NCBI RefSeq assembly: GCF_018350175.1
Contig: NC_058368.1
Coordinates: 108,812,001 to 108,876,000 of the forward strand
DNA length: 64,000 nucleotides
From: Felis catus
Taxonomy: Eukaryota
Direction: 5' to 3'
A program made the translations under genes and the position numbers. Each line of letters opens with the position of its first letter. Position 1 is the stretch's first letter. Below are positions 25,047 to 38,138 of this stretch, in pieces. A model generated the notes under the pieces. That model had not been told where the DNA came from. It saw nothing but the letters and a program-made list of their open reading frames with translations, and did not search any database.

Positions 25047-25745
25047 GGCTTTGCTGATTGGACAGGGACCTGGAAGGAGGAAGACCAGAAGACCTGAGAC
25101 AAGGAAGTTGAGGATAAAGGAATGTGATGGACAAATGTTTGTGGTACAAAGTATGAGAAGTTTCATATTGCATGGTAATGGTCACCAGAAATCATACCAC
25201 AGTGAAAGAGGTACAGTAATCTGGTAGACGTACTGACTCATCCGGTTGATACTGTCCAGTTTCTGTCATTCTGCCCTAGTGCTGGCCCAATGGGTACATG
25301 AATAGAATAGCCATAGGGGCAGACTCTGCATGAATCCAATACCAGGAATTCTTACCACATGTGATCTAGTTACTGCCACTGTCCTATGTCTAGCCTACCA
25401 GCAGACACCAGCCCTGAGCTTCAGATAGAATACTGTGTGTCTCTTTGGGGATTTCCTTTGTTGAACAAAGTTGCCATGCCTAAAGTCAATAACCAACAAC
25501 CTATATCCAATTACTGATGAGCATGAATGAATAAAATCTTGATTTCCTCCTCGCCCCAACTTAGGAAAACTTTGAAGGACCATCCCAGCTCTAGAACCCT
25601 CCTTTGGGTTAGCTGAGACTTTTGTTATGACTGCATTGAATCCAGCTTCTCCCTGTGCTTATTCCTGTTTCCCTTCCCTTCCAAGAGCAATCCTGCATGC
25701 TAATCTCTGTCTCAGAGTCTCTGTCTCATGGGCCCAACCTGAGGC
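25047..25745 (+). mobile_element. ERV-L pol remnant (RNase H/integrase boundary) followed by LTR16/LTR33-like sequence
   Basis: Degenerate translation GFADWTGTWKEEDQK..DKEV..KGM and LAQWVHE resembles ERV-L pol; CCTGCATGCTAATCTCTGTCTCAGAGTCT resembles an ERV-L LTR 3' part. Confidence 0.65.
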
Positions 25746-26328
25746 AGGAGCCTGGTCATGGTTTCAGCAAAAAGATCCCTTCAAGGGAGAAACATCTCGC
25801 CCCTTCCTAGGGGGTTCTTGGACTCTATAGAGCTGAATATGTTCCAAGTCAGCCTCAGTCTCCCTATCTATGAAAGGGTTAATCACCTCATCCTCATCTG
25901 GCCTGGAATGTCTCCTCTTAGCTAGAACCTTTTAGGCTGTTAGGTCTCTGGGCCCTGGAGGTCATAAGGATGACAACAGAAGCTGGCCAATTAGATCTAA
26001 ACATTTTCTGATAAATGGGACTGCAGCCTTTACCCGACACTGTCCAGTGTGCCCACAGAGGCTGGACTCACAGTAGTTCCTAAGAAGACCTTTTCCAGGA
26101 CAAGCAGGTCCACCATGCTATGAGTAGATGGCCCTAGGAGGAATATGGGGGAGGCTTTCTTTGACCTACAAGGCTGGGAAGGGGAAGTGGGGACAAGAGA
26201 GTGGATTGATTCTTGACTCTAGATCCAGGGACAGCAAGGGTCACAGCCTGCTCCCTTCTTGGGGTCCATGGGGGTAGGGGGAAGTATGGCCCTGGAAAGA
26301 ATTTCTGGAAGTTTTTGATCACAGTGAC

Positions 26329-26462
26329 AAAAGGAAACTCCAAGAGCCTCCAGGGCCAAGCTCAGGACAGAACTACCACCACTGCAACAGCTGTGTCTTT
26401 GTCTGTCACTGCTTGCGACTCTGTCAATCTGTCACTGCCACTATCCCCAACTGGTCTTTCCA
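26329..26462 (-). repeat. 134-bp inverted repeat, right arm
   Basis: Reverse complement of 24913-25046. Confidence 0.95.
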
Positions 26463-27890
26463 CTTGCCACTGCCCATGAGTACATATATATTTTAATTTC
26501 AGACTATCTCTCTACACAAAGTCAGTGGCCAGATATACCACCTGAAGCTCTAGCCCATTGGATTTTTCCTTACTATTGCCTTTCAAGGTCATCCTTGAGT
26601 GGGGCTGTAGTATAGTCACTAACCATTTTTGGCTTCACCCTTATACTGATCTGACCTATTTGTGAACCAGGCTTGGGTTTTCACATCCTTCATTAGCTGG
26701 TCCTAGGGGATCACTCATGTAGCCACAAGTGTGATAGGCTCTTGTGCCACAGAGGTGGATGACACAGGGTTCTGGGTTACCTGTTTGTGTAGCTTATTTG
26801 TGCCCTCCAATCCTATTCATATTTGACTCCAGAAGTATGACTTCCATTTTATAATGCGTTGTTGCTAGGCCAACCTGACCTTATGGCTTAGTAAGTCTGG
26901 AAGAAACCAACTTGTCACAGGTAGTTCCAGCTGCATAAGTGTCCCAGCTCCACTAGGGCTCAGGAGTGCAACAGGAGTTGGTTTTCAAAATGTATATAAT
27001 TCCCCAATGTAGATGCTATGGCTTTGCTCCAGAGTCCCAGGGAAACAACATACTTCCCCACTACTCATACCTTTAAAAACAATAGGTTCTGATCATTTAT
27101 ATGGCCCAAATGGCAGGGCTACTTGCACTACAACCCGAAACTACTGCAGAGCCCTTTCCTGCTTGGGGACCCACTCACAGATGGCAAGCTTTTGTGTTAT
27201 TGCCAAGAAGATGGGTCAGAATAATATTCCCAAATGTGCAACAGGTTGCATCCATAACACCAAGGGGCCTACCAAACATGCTTCCTTCTTCATAATGAAA
27301 GGAACAAGATGTAGCAATTTTTCTTATACATAGAAGGAAATTTCCTGACATGCCATAGACCAATGGGTCTCTAAAAATTTTGCTCTATGTGGCCGGCTCT
27401 GAAACTTCACAGGGCTTATCTTCTGGAGTGCATGTGTCTTGTCACGGCCACCAAAGTGTTAGCCACTTCTTGATCACCTTGTCTGATTGGCATAACATTA
27501 CTGGTAGAGTAGACCAGCGTGATATTCTGTGGGATATCCAAATGGTCCAGATCTCTTGGGACTATGTTATGTAGAGGGAAGGAGAGATAACCTAGCTCTG
27601 TAAATTTATACTGTTTTCTCCAAGTGAATGCAAACTATTTGATGAGGATGGAAAAAGAATGGAGTAATCAGATCAGTGGCCACTCATTCAGTGCCTGAGG
27701 CCATGTTAATCTGCTGAATCAAAGATACCACATCTGGCAGGCACAGGGGCTGTAAACATGGCTACGACTTCTTGAATTGGTAGTAGCCCACTACCATCTT
27801 CTAGGTGCTGAGTTTTACGAGTGAATTAAATGAAGATTTGGTGGACTCCCTTTAGGTCTTTAATGGTAGCACTAATTTGTGCCATCACCT
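26463..27890 (-). mobile_element. ERV-L pol remnant (RT to RNase H)
   Basis: Minus-strand remnants AQISATIKDLK..FNS near 27860 and ELQVVYLA..SWAVASG near 26470-26550 match ERV-L pol. Confidence 0.75.
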
Positions 27891-28788
27891 TTGGAAGAAA
27901 AAGCAGGGACTCTGCTTGGAGGGTGCAGGCCCTGATTTGGCCCATAGATACCTCACAAATTTGAGATATCTAGTATAGCTAGGGAGAGAAAGAACCAAGC
28001 ACCAAGGTACCTACCTGCAAACCTAGCAAATGGGCAAAGGAAGAGAGAGCTACAGTAGAAGTCTGTAAGAATTGGTCCCAGAGGAGAGAGCCAGGAATAG
28101 TGGCATCATGGAGGCAAGGGGAGACCAAGAGGTCAGAAAATATCCCTAATCTTGGAGGGAGCAAGTCAGTGTAGCATGAAGTGGCATCTCTTGCAAGGTC
28201 TTCAGGACAGGTGGAGTGAGGGGGGTAATGGGGAATGAGGAGATGACGTGGGTGGAAGAGACCTGGATAGTGCAGGCACTGGGAGACTTTTGGACAGGCT
28301 GGATGCCAAGCAAGATTCAGGTGAGAGCAGCCTGTGGCCTGTGCATTACCCCAGACTCTCTTCAAGCTTTCCTCAGATCCTTGTTGGAGCAGGATGGACA
28401 GGAACTGTATTAAGGTCCAGATGCCAGCTCATGCCTGGGTTTCCCCAGGGGGCAGGTCCAACTGGTCCACCCATCTGTTCTGGCAGTTCTGAGCTCTTCT
28501 CAGACAGGGGTACCTCCATCTGTTTTGAGGGCTTTCCAGAGAGAGACAATACTTCTGTCCCATGGAACCTACAGGGAAACCCCCAGCTCTGACACCCACC
28601 CCTTGACTAAGGCCTCCAGAATCTGGGCCAGAGGCCAGGGTGGAGCAAGCCACTGAGTCAGGACAGCGGTTTTCTGGCTTCCTTAGTACAGTCCACAGTT
28701 CCCCTACCATCCCCACCCCAGAAGATGACCCTGGTAGTACTGAGGAGCTAAAGCCCATAGTGTCACTGGGATGACTTACATCATTTCT

Positions 28789-29052
28789 TTAATGCTCACC
28801 ACAATCATGTGACACCACAACCCCTCTTCTACAGATGGTGTAACCAAAGCTCTGAGCAGAGAAATAACTTATCCAGAGTCACATGGTCAAAGACTTGAAC
28901 CCTAGCCTCTCAGGTGCTAGGGTTAATGCTCACCACAATCATGTGACACCACAACCCCTCTTCTACAGATGGTGTAACCAAAGCTCTGAGCAGAGAAATA
29001 ACTTATCCAGAGTCACATGGTCAAAGACTTGAACCCTAGCCTCTCAGGTGCT
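28789..29052 (+). repeat. Perfect 130-bp tandem duplication of a MIR-like fragment
   Basis: 28789-28918 equals 28923-29052, separated by AGGG. Confidence 0.95.
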
Positions 29053-29945
29053 CTTATATTACCCTCCTTGCTGTTTAGCATGAACCAGCCAAGATAAGAT
29101 ACTGAGAGGGATGCCAGGTCTTTGTTACGCAGCATCAGCATGCCCAGCTACATCTGGGGGCCTCTAAACATCTCCCGTGCCTGCCTCAGGACCCTCATCT
29201 TGAGCTTTACCTGGCCCATCCACCACCCAGGCTGCCTCTCATACCTTACATCTCAGCCTTCCTCTGCCTCACTTCTTGAGCCTTCAGCCTCTGGTTCCCA
29301 CTGAGACCCTCCTCCTACACATCCCTGACTCTTCATAACCACTGGTGTGGAGGATACATTTTACCAACAGAGAGACTAAAACACAGAGAAGCACAGGGAG
29401 CCAGGGCAGAGAACACATGGGTCTAACACTTTCCCTAGAGCAGACCCCCAAGTGTCCAAGAATGGCAGATGTGAGGGACAATAGCCCTGTGTTTTAGCCA
29501 CCTCAGTGAGGTCAAGGGTGAGGCAGCTGGGGCAGCCCCAGATCCAGGGCCTTTGGAGGGAATCTCCTCTCCTTGTTCCCCACAGGAAGCATGTGGTGCT
29601 GTCTGGCCAGCCACAGAGGCCTGGACATCCCCACAGAGAAGCCCCACCTCTCCACCTCCTGGCCCTCTCCCCACCTTTATCACACTAGCAGTCACGCTTA
29701 TCTCAGAGCCTGGCTTCCTGCTACTTTTAAAGAGATATGTGGCCTAATGCCTGGCTGCCACTCTGCTAAGAGGACCTTTCTGCATCTCCTGGGGTCACAG
29801 TAGGCCTGTGCCTTGCTCACCTCTGAGGTGGAGATGCTCTTCTTCCCACTCAACACCTAGGTCACTCTGGACTGCCAAACAGCCCAATGACTAGAATGTG
29901 AGCTATTCTGAAGCAGGTTAGATGGATGGTTGGACTGATTCATTT

Positions 29946-30132
29946 AAAAAAAAAAATATATATATATATATATTAAAAATATATATATATATATATGACA
30001 TGTATATTTTTCTATATATATTTTTTATATATTTTTTCTATATATATATTTTCTATATATATATTTCTCTATATATATTTTCTATATATATATATAGACA
30101 GAGAGAGAGAGAGTATATATAGATAGAGAGAG
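29946..30132. repeat. TA-rich compound microsatellite
   Basis: (TA)n, T-runs and (GA)n. Confidence 0.9.
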
Positions 30133-31861
30133 AACATAATTACTGTGTATCAGGCACAGTCTCGGGCACTGGGGACAAGGGAGAAACATGACAGATTCTC
30201 TGTCATCCTGGTATTTACATTCTAGTGAGGGACATAGATAGTAAAGCAGTAAACAAAAGAATTTTCCAGTATTTTCTTGATTCTCCCACCTTCTGCTGCT
30301 GAGCTAGCCTGGGCTCTTGAAGGCCACTTCCAAATGCCCTTGGACAGAGCCAGAGGTATCCAGAAGGAAGCAGGGACAGATGGTAAGAGTCCTGGGACCT
30401 GAACCTGATAGGGTGTGTCTCACTCTTAGGACATCGTGATCCTGGTCATATGAGGAATTGGACTTAAGATACAGCAAGTATCCTTCTGCCTAAAGCTCCA
30501 GTACCTAAAACTGCTGGAACTTTGAAGGGTTCCAGATGAAGGAACATCTGCTGCCCATCAGACTGACTGCCACTCAGCACCTTCACCTGTACACAATCCA
30601 GGCTAAAGCCCAGAGGTGATGCCCACTGAAGCTGAAGCATGTTGGTAATCAGTTGTGCAAGTGGACATCCTCCCTGTCTGAAACATCTTCTGGGCTTCTG
30701 GCCATGGACAAGCAAAGAGGAATGTTAGACAGAGATTAGCAATACAGGCTGGGAGAGGACAACTGTAAGGAGAGGAACAGTCAGTGGTCAGCAGAGATTT
30801 ACTGTTCACCGTATGTTCATACCATTGCTCACCATGAAGGAGACCTCTCCTCTCCACTCAGCATCAATCCCCAAAGATACCAAAGCAAGAGGGCTGGGAT
30901 GTCAAGATGAAAGGGGTAGAAAACAAGGCAAGGACAGTTGCAACACAAATGGCAATATCAGGAATGAGGTAGAAGCTCTCCAGGGACATTCAGTTTTGGG
31001 GCCAAATAGTGCATTGAAGCCACGTCCATCAGCACACCTCAGTGGCTTGTGGGGAGAAGGAGGAGGTCTGTGACCCATCCAGTGATATTCCCCCAGATAG
31101 TTTGGCACACTGCAGTAGGACCCCAAGGGTCAAAGAGTATGAGAATTGTATTATTTTTCAAGAGTTGGGCTGTTCTGGACTCTAAGAATGGGCCCAGATA
31201 AACATCAGATCAGGACAATACTAGGGCAGGCACTCAAATGTTCTGCTTCTGCACAATTTGATAGCTTTCTTAAGCTTGTCTCCTGAATGATTTTATAGGC
31301 CAGTGAAGCACATGTATTTGGGATTCACTTGCTAATGCCCACATTGGCAGGTGCCCATGGACCAATCTCCAAAATTTAAACAGAGTAAGAAGGATATCAT
31401 TGTTTTTGTAGATGTCAGTCCTATAAGCGGCCCTCAAGTAGAGCTGAATATAGATTTGTTACCCTTGAGCTATCAAAGGTGACCCATGTTTACCTGGAGC
31501 CCTTACACCAGCAACAAGTATACATATGCAAAATAAAATTCCAGAGTAGTTCATACTTCTGCCTGGAGCAAAGGTTCTCTCTCTGAGAGTGAACATGGTT
31601 CTGGGTCTGGGAAGTCTCCAAACTCAGAGGAAGAGGAAAGTGTGGGCACTTTTGAGGAAGGTTAACTGTTTTCCTAAGCTCTTGCCATCTCACATGCCCC
31701 TGCTTTGCCTGTCCCCCTGTGGTTACAGCAAGGTCAGACTATCCTTCAGATGAAGCAATGTAACCACCAACACATCTCATGAGAAAGCCGGTCCGTCACG
31801 TTAGCTGTGCTACACAAACCTTAGTTGAACATATCAGAGACTTCTTAGAAATTAATGTCTT

Positions 31862-32078
31862 TTTTAAATAATTTTTTTTAATGTCTATTTATTTCTGAGA
31901 CAGAGACAGAGCATGAGTGGGGGAGGGGCAGAGAGAGAGGGAGACACAGAATCCGAAGCAGGCTCCAGGCTCTGAGCTGTCAGCACAGAGCCCAACGCGG
32001 GGCTCGAACTCATGGACCCTGAGATCATGACCTGAGCCGAAGTCGGACGCTTAACTGACTGAGCCACCCAGGCGCCCC
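31862..32078 (-). mobile_element. Can-SINE (SINEC_Fc-like)
   Basis: Full body; TSD AGAAATTAATGTCTT. Confidence 0.95.
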
Positions 32079-32151
32079 AGAAATTAATGTCTTAAGAATG
32101 ATATGCTTAGTGTTAAAAATCTAAACAAGCAAAGTAAAAGACATCCCCTTT

Positions 32152-32363
32152 ATTTTTTTTTTAACGTTTATTTATATTTGAGACAGAGAGAAACAGAGCA
32201 TGAACGGGGGAGGGTCAGAGAGAGGGAGACACAGAATCTGAAACAGGCTTCAGGCTCTGAGCTGTCAGCACAGAGCCCGACAAGGGGCTCGAACTCACGA
32301 GCTGTGAGATCATGACCTGAGCTGAAGTCGGCAGCTTAACCGACTGAGCCACCCAGGCGCCCC
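32152..32363 (-). mobile_element. Can-SINE (SINEC_Fc-like)
   Basis: Full body; TSD AAAAGACATCCCCTTT. Confidence 0.95.
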
Positions 32364-35300
32364 AAAAGACATCCCCTTTATAGGGATGGTACTCTGGTTA
32401 GCATTCTTTAAGCATTTCTTTTTCCCCATCCAGAGAGTTAGGTATACATTTATACCCTTTGTGAAAAAATTTCGTACTATACATGTTATAACCTCTTTTG
32501 TTCATTCAACAATTGTAATGTGCCATATGCTAGCAATATTATCCACAGTCAAAAGTTTATTTTGATTCCAAGATCTAAGAGGAAGTTGTAATCTAATATT
32601 ATATCAGCTATATTTTGATAATAAAAAAAGTATAGATTCTAAAGAAAATCCTTCCCTTAATCTCTATTCAGTGTTATAAGAAGGTATTGCTTCCTGCTCA
32701 TCTGCCACCTGCAGAGTAACTGACATGGAAAGGGTGGGCACAGAGATAGGGGCTGCCTGGTCACTAAGGTACCACAGAGGCAGAAACTCATCATCCCAAC
32801 AGTATGTCAACATTGCTGAGAAAACTTTGACAAAGTGAAAGACCCTGTTAGCAACAGTGAAAGTTTTCTGAAGGGTGAGAAAACCACCTGAGAGGAGAAT
32901 GACTTGGCATCTGATTGGCTCATTATTTCTACAAAAAGGCAATTGGTCAAAGTGGCAGAGAAGACCCCCAGTTGCCCATGTTTTAGCCACCTGCATGAGA
33001 CAGGAAAAGGGAAAGTGACATTTACTGCAAGCTGGTTATGTGATAGTACTAGGCACTTTCATATATTATCTTATTTAATCTTCACTACAGCCCTGGGAAG
33101 TGGATATTATCAACCATTTTACATGTTCAAAAGTGAACTCCTCATCTTCTCCTTCAAACCCAAGCCATCCATGGCCTTCCATATCTCAGGTGACTTCACT
33201 ACCTTTTTTCTAGCTTCTCAGAAACAAACCCTTGGAATCATCATTGACTATGTGCTCCTCTTTCATATTCCACATCTAATCCATCAGCAAATCCTGATGG
33301 CTCTCCCATTTGGAGTATATCCAGAATCCAACATTTCTCACCATCTCCAGTCTACCCACAATGGTTCAAGCCAGTATTATCTTTTGCCTAGAAACAAATT
33401 GACTGGTGAGACTTTTGGCTAAGTGACAACCTGAGGACTGTTTAGGGATTGTTGTCCATTCAGGGCTGGTCCCAATTCCAGCTGCATTCCTTACCTAGAT
33501 TCAAGGCACAATGGCCAGCCTAAGAAGTAGTCTTGAGTCATCCTGAAAGGCATTCGTTGTGGTCAGCACTGTTGATTAAGGTAGGGACGTGTGAGAAACA
33601 CTACGGAAAGGGTATCTGTGAAAGGAGATTACAGTAATGTCTGGGGCTTGCCCACCTGTGTTATTTAAAAGTCACTTTCCTATGAGCTCAGACTCCTGTT
33701 TTTCTGAGGACAGAGGGGTCACCTCACTCCTACCCAGCTGTTGTCTCAATTTCTTGATTGTAGTATTGTACATGAACCACAAGCCTCCCTCTACACCTGC
33801 CCAGGATGCAGTGCTGGCTTATTTGCTATTCCTACCTTTCCATGGGAAGCAAGCTATCCTCTACCTAAAGTCCCTGCCCTGAGAAGACAGTCCAGAGCTT
33901 GAAGATAAATTTATTTCTCAGCTCCCTCCTCTGATCCACATCAGTACCAAGGCCCTGGCTATGGTGCTGGAGATAGAGGTGAGGGGTGTCACTTCACAAG
34001 CATGAAAAGGGCCCTTGGAGGCTCCCAAACACCTGGGACATTAGGCCAATCCTCAGCTCCTCCAGAATCAAGGCAGCAGGACTTCAGAAAAAGGGTTACT
34101 TTCAAACCAACCAACCAGCCAACCAACCAAGTACTGTGGTCACATTAAGACTGTTTCTGGTAGAAGTAAGACCAGAAAAAACTTAGTTCCTTCATTCCCA
34201 CCCCATTCTCCCTGCTACCAAGGCAGAAACTGCTTCTCTGTGTGCTTGTCTACCATATACATGCCTTCACTGAGAGACCATCACAGAGGTCAAGCCAGAG
34301 ACAGCTGAAGACTCAGGGAGGAAGGTTCTCCAAAGGCCAGAGAGGACTTCACTCCTGCCTTTTCCATTTAGGAAAATGCTACCAGCTGGCAACTGAGATG
34401 CGTGACTATCCCTGTGACTTTAGGGGCAGGAGTCAGGGGCCAGCCCTCCTCAGCCCTCAGCCTGGCAATGCTCCACCAATTCCAGGAGCAGGAGTGCTCC
34501 TCAGAGGCACCCAGTTGAGCCCAGGAGCTGAGATGAGGCAAACTCAGGAGTTTGGGAAAGAGGGCTAACTAGAAAAAAATTCCAACAGAGGGGTGAGTTG
34601 CATCTAATTCTGTCTCTCTGAGTGAAGCCTGGGGATCCAGGTGTGAACACCACACAACCCCATCTTTCTAATGGGCAAGGAGCTCTGAACCCTGCATGGT
34701 TTCCTGAAAGTGCTTTATGAAATATCTCTATTAATGTATTTCTTTGGCGTAAGACTTTCTCTTTTCTTAAAATGAAAATGCTCCAAAAGGTCATAGACTG
34801 GGCCCACACAGTTATTGATACCACAGAGTACATGGGTCTTCCATTGAGTGGATTTTCTGGGAGCTACTCTCTACCCACATCCCTTCATTGATATCTTAAG
34901 GAATTTCTTGCCCAAACTAAATCTCCCAGGGAAGACAAAGTGCTCAAGATGGTTATGTAAATCTTGGAATGGAGCTGTGAGGATCCACAAATAAGTCAGG
35001 CACACAGAGGGCCCAACCTCAATGCTCAGGGCCTCCTAAACTTCTGGCATGCTGCTGAGGCCTAACCTAAGGAGGCAGGGCTTCCACACTGGAAGGCCCA
35101 CCTGTGTCAGCCTGCTGCAGTGCAGGAGCCAGGAGCTGGGGGCAGGGATCACTTTGGTGACTAACAACCTAATAGTGGAAAATTACAACTTCCTGAGCTG
35201 GGTCTATCAGAGGTGGCCGCAAAACTCTTTATGATGTGGCCAAAAATTCCTCCTGCCACCACAGGCCTTGAAAATAGGTCAAAGATACCTTCTATGGAAC

Positions 35301-36059
35301 TCTCAAGCAGGGCTTAGCTTATACCATCTAACTCTGTTATCAGTCTATAAATGCTGGAGACTTGTGAGAATGCTCTCTTCCTCTCTGGATCTGAGCCCAG
35401 CCTTAGCTTTGGTCTTGAGTCCTTCCCTGTTTGGTTCTCTTCAGGGGACTGATTGGTTATGGAGGCCAAGGAGAAGGCTGCCTGTTTGCCCCTGGAAACA
35501 TCTGTCTACAGACTCTCTGGGCAGCAGAGTCTCCTCTTACATACCAACTAAGACCTAAAGGCCTGGCCTCAGCTCTGAGGCTACATCTCACCTCAAACCA
35601 GGACAAGGGGTAGACTGAGCACGGGCAGAGACTTCCATTGTATTTTCCCTAGCTTTCCAGAGGCCCCAGGCTTGTGACAAGGGATAACGGTTGGCTGCTT
35701 CCTGGATCAGACAGGCAGAGCTCCTTCTCTGAATGTTAGACATCCCCTTGGCAGTATCGTGCAGGGGCTAGCACCTTGCCTGGCTCTGAATGCCACCTAT
35801 ACAATATCACTCTGGGCCATCTTCTTTAGTATAGTAAGACCTGGTTTCTTCTCTGAGAATGGGGGTGGCATTCTCTGCTGCAGGGATTTCTGTGGAAATC
35901 GGAGGCGATCAAAGGTAAGCTGAGGTGAGCAAAGACAGCCCATCTTCCATTTTCTGTGTTCAGGCCTTAACAAACAGAAACCATTTAGCTCTGAAGGTGC
36001 TCACCAGTGGGGACAGCTTCAGGAGGACAGAACTCTCTGAAAGTTCTGTGCTAATTCCT

Positions 36060-36063
<4 letters not shown>

Positions 36064-36096
<33 letters not shown>
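36064..36096. repeat. (GT)n microsatellite
   Basis: Uninterrupted GT run. Confidence 0.95.
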
Positions 36097-36097
<1 letters not shown>

Positions 36098-37439
36098 TGC
36101 TGCTACCAGAAGGAATCCTAACCTCCAGGACTGAAGCAATGATGGAACCGCTAATGTGGCCATAATGGGTCTGAGTATCCTCCCTTCTAAGAGGCTCAGG
36201 AAGCGATGGCCTGGAGAATACACCCTACTTAAGTGCATGCTAATCAAGATGACACTTTTCTTGGGCCAGAAGCTTCAACTAATCTCTGACCCAGGCCTCA
36301 GCCTGAGCGGGGGTAGATGGCCCTGTCCTGACAGGACCCTCGGAGCCTCCCAGGCAGCTGTCGCCAGGGTAAGAGGCCTTGTGTCAGCCTGGCCTACAGC
36401 CAGACTATGCTGAGTCACAAGATTCTGCTTGGAGCTTGACACCAGAAACAATGACTCAGGCAGCCTGGAATCCAGGGAAAACCAGCCCTGGCGTTTTAGC
36501 TGGGAGCACTACCCAGCTGGACATGAGCTCACCCAGCTAGACGGTGACAATGACTGTGGAATACTGTCAGTCCCTTGTAGATGAGAGAAGCAGGGGGGCT
36601 GAACCTTGAGCCTGAAACCTCCCCTGAAACATTCTTTGAAAACCCCATATCAGCTTATCTAAAATTAGCTTTCAGCATCTAAATCACTTCCTGTTATGGA
36701 AACCACAGGTCTGATGCTTCAGTCATCACCCTGCCTGCCTCTAGGGGGTGGAGGCAAATGACATAGGGGTGCTACTACAGAAAAATATGACAATCCAAAA
36801 AGACACAGCAGTCAGGAGCCCCTCTAGCCCTGCTGCAGAAAGGACAGCGAGGCAGGGCCCCATAAACCTTCTGATGCAGGGACCAGGACCAGAGTGAACA
36901 CACATGCTCACTTATGCACACACAGATATATCCCTGCATACATACTTATACACACAGGCCTGAGCCTTCTCCATTGCTGCCAAGAGACTACTACATGCTC
37001 ATCTCAAGCATATCTCCATGATGACCCTTTCAAATCTGAGACAGCAAGAGAAGAGGGTGGGTAACTGGCCTGCTTGGAGCACCTGCAGCCCTGTCTCTAC
37101 TTCTCTAGTGGCCCTGGCTACTTTCTGTCTAATGGGCTGTGCACAAGATTAGCCTACTCCTTCACTCATTGCTTCAGCCAACTCTTTATACTAGCACTAC
37201 CAGGAAGAATCCTTAATAAGATCAAGGAATATGCTAGAAATCTATAGCAACTATAACAGAAATACATTAGAAGAAATCCCATGAAAGACAGGAAGGAACA
37301 AGACAACAATACCTGTTATCCATGTAACTGTTCAATGACATATTGAAGTCTTATCCAGGGAGTTAAGATAAGAAATATAGATATGAGGATTGAAAAAAAT
37401 CTAAACTTATTATTTTTAAATAAATAAATGGTGATTGTT

Positions 37440-37660
37440 ATTACTGCTTGTTTTACATTAAATACTTTGTGTATCTTAACTTATTTAATCCTAACAGCCA
37501 TTTTATGAGGTAGGTATTAGTATCAAACCCATTTTTATAGATGAGGAAACTAAATAATAGTGATCTTGAGGTAGTTGGCTAGTAAATGACAGAGCCAGAT
37601 TGAAACCCAGGTAGTCTAACTTGAGAATCTGTGTTCTTAATCACTATACTATATTACCTC
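37440..37660 (-). mobile_element. MIR
   Basis: CCCATTTTTATAGATGAGGAAACT core and CTTAATCACTATAC end. Confidence 0.8.
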
Positions 37661-37880
37661 TCAATAATGTGAGATTCCACACAGAAAACTCAGGAGTGAA
37701 ATGATATGTCCAGATACAAGATCAACAAACAAAAATCAGCAGCTTTCCCAAATACCACAAAAGACTGACTCTAAAATTCATATGGAAGAATATTCAAGAT
37801 CATTTTGAAGAACAGTGATGGAAGACTTGCCCTCTATAATATCAAAATGCATTAATAAAACAACAAGAATTAAAACAGTG

Positions 37881-38065
37881 GAGGGGGGCACCCGGGTGGC
37901 TCAGTCAGTTAAATGTCTGACTCTTGATTTCAGCTCAGGTCATGATCTCACAGTTCATAAAATTGAGCCCCACGATGGGCTGTGAGATGAAAACATGGAG
38001 CCTGCTTGGGATTCCCTTTCTCTCTCTCTGTCTGCCCCTACCCCACTTGCATTCTCTCTCTCCCT

Positions 38066-38117
<52 letters not shown>

Positions 38118-38138
38118 ATAAATAAATAAACATTAAAA
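37881..38138 (+). mobile_element. Can-SINE
   Basis: GGGGCACCCGGGTGGCTCAG head, long (CT)n, A tail; TSD AATTAAAACAGTG. Confidence 0.93.

Noticed and set aside
30400..31000. Balanced-composition stretch that might hide an exon
   Set aside because: No recognisable translation or coherent splice sites on either strand
32904..33422. 172-aa ORF
   Set aside because: Runs through MIR- and L2-like relics, has a non-ATG start and no recognisable protein
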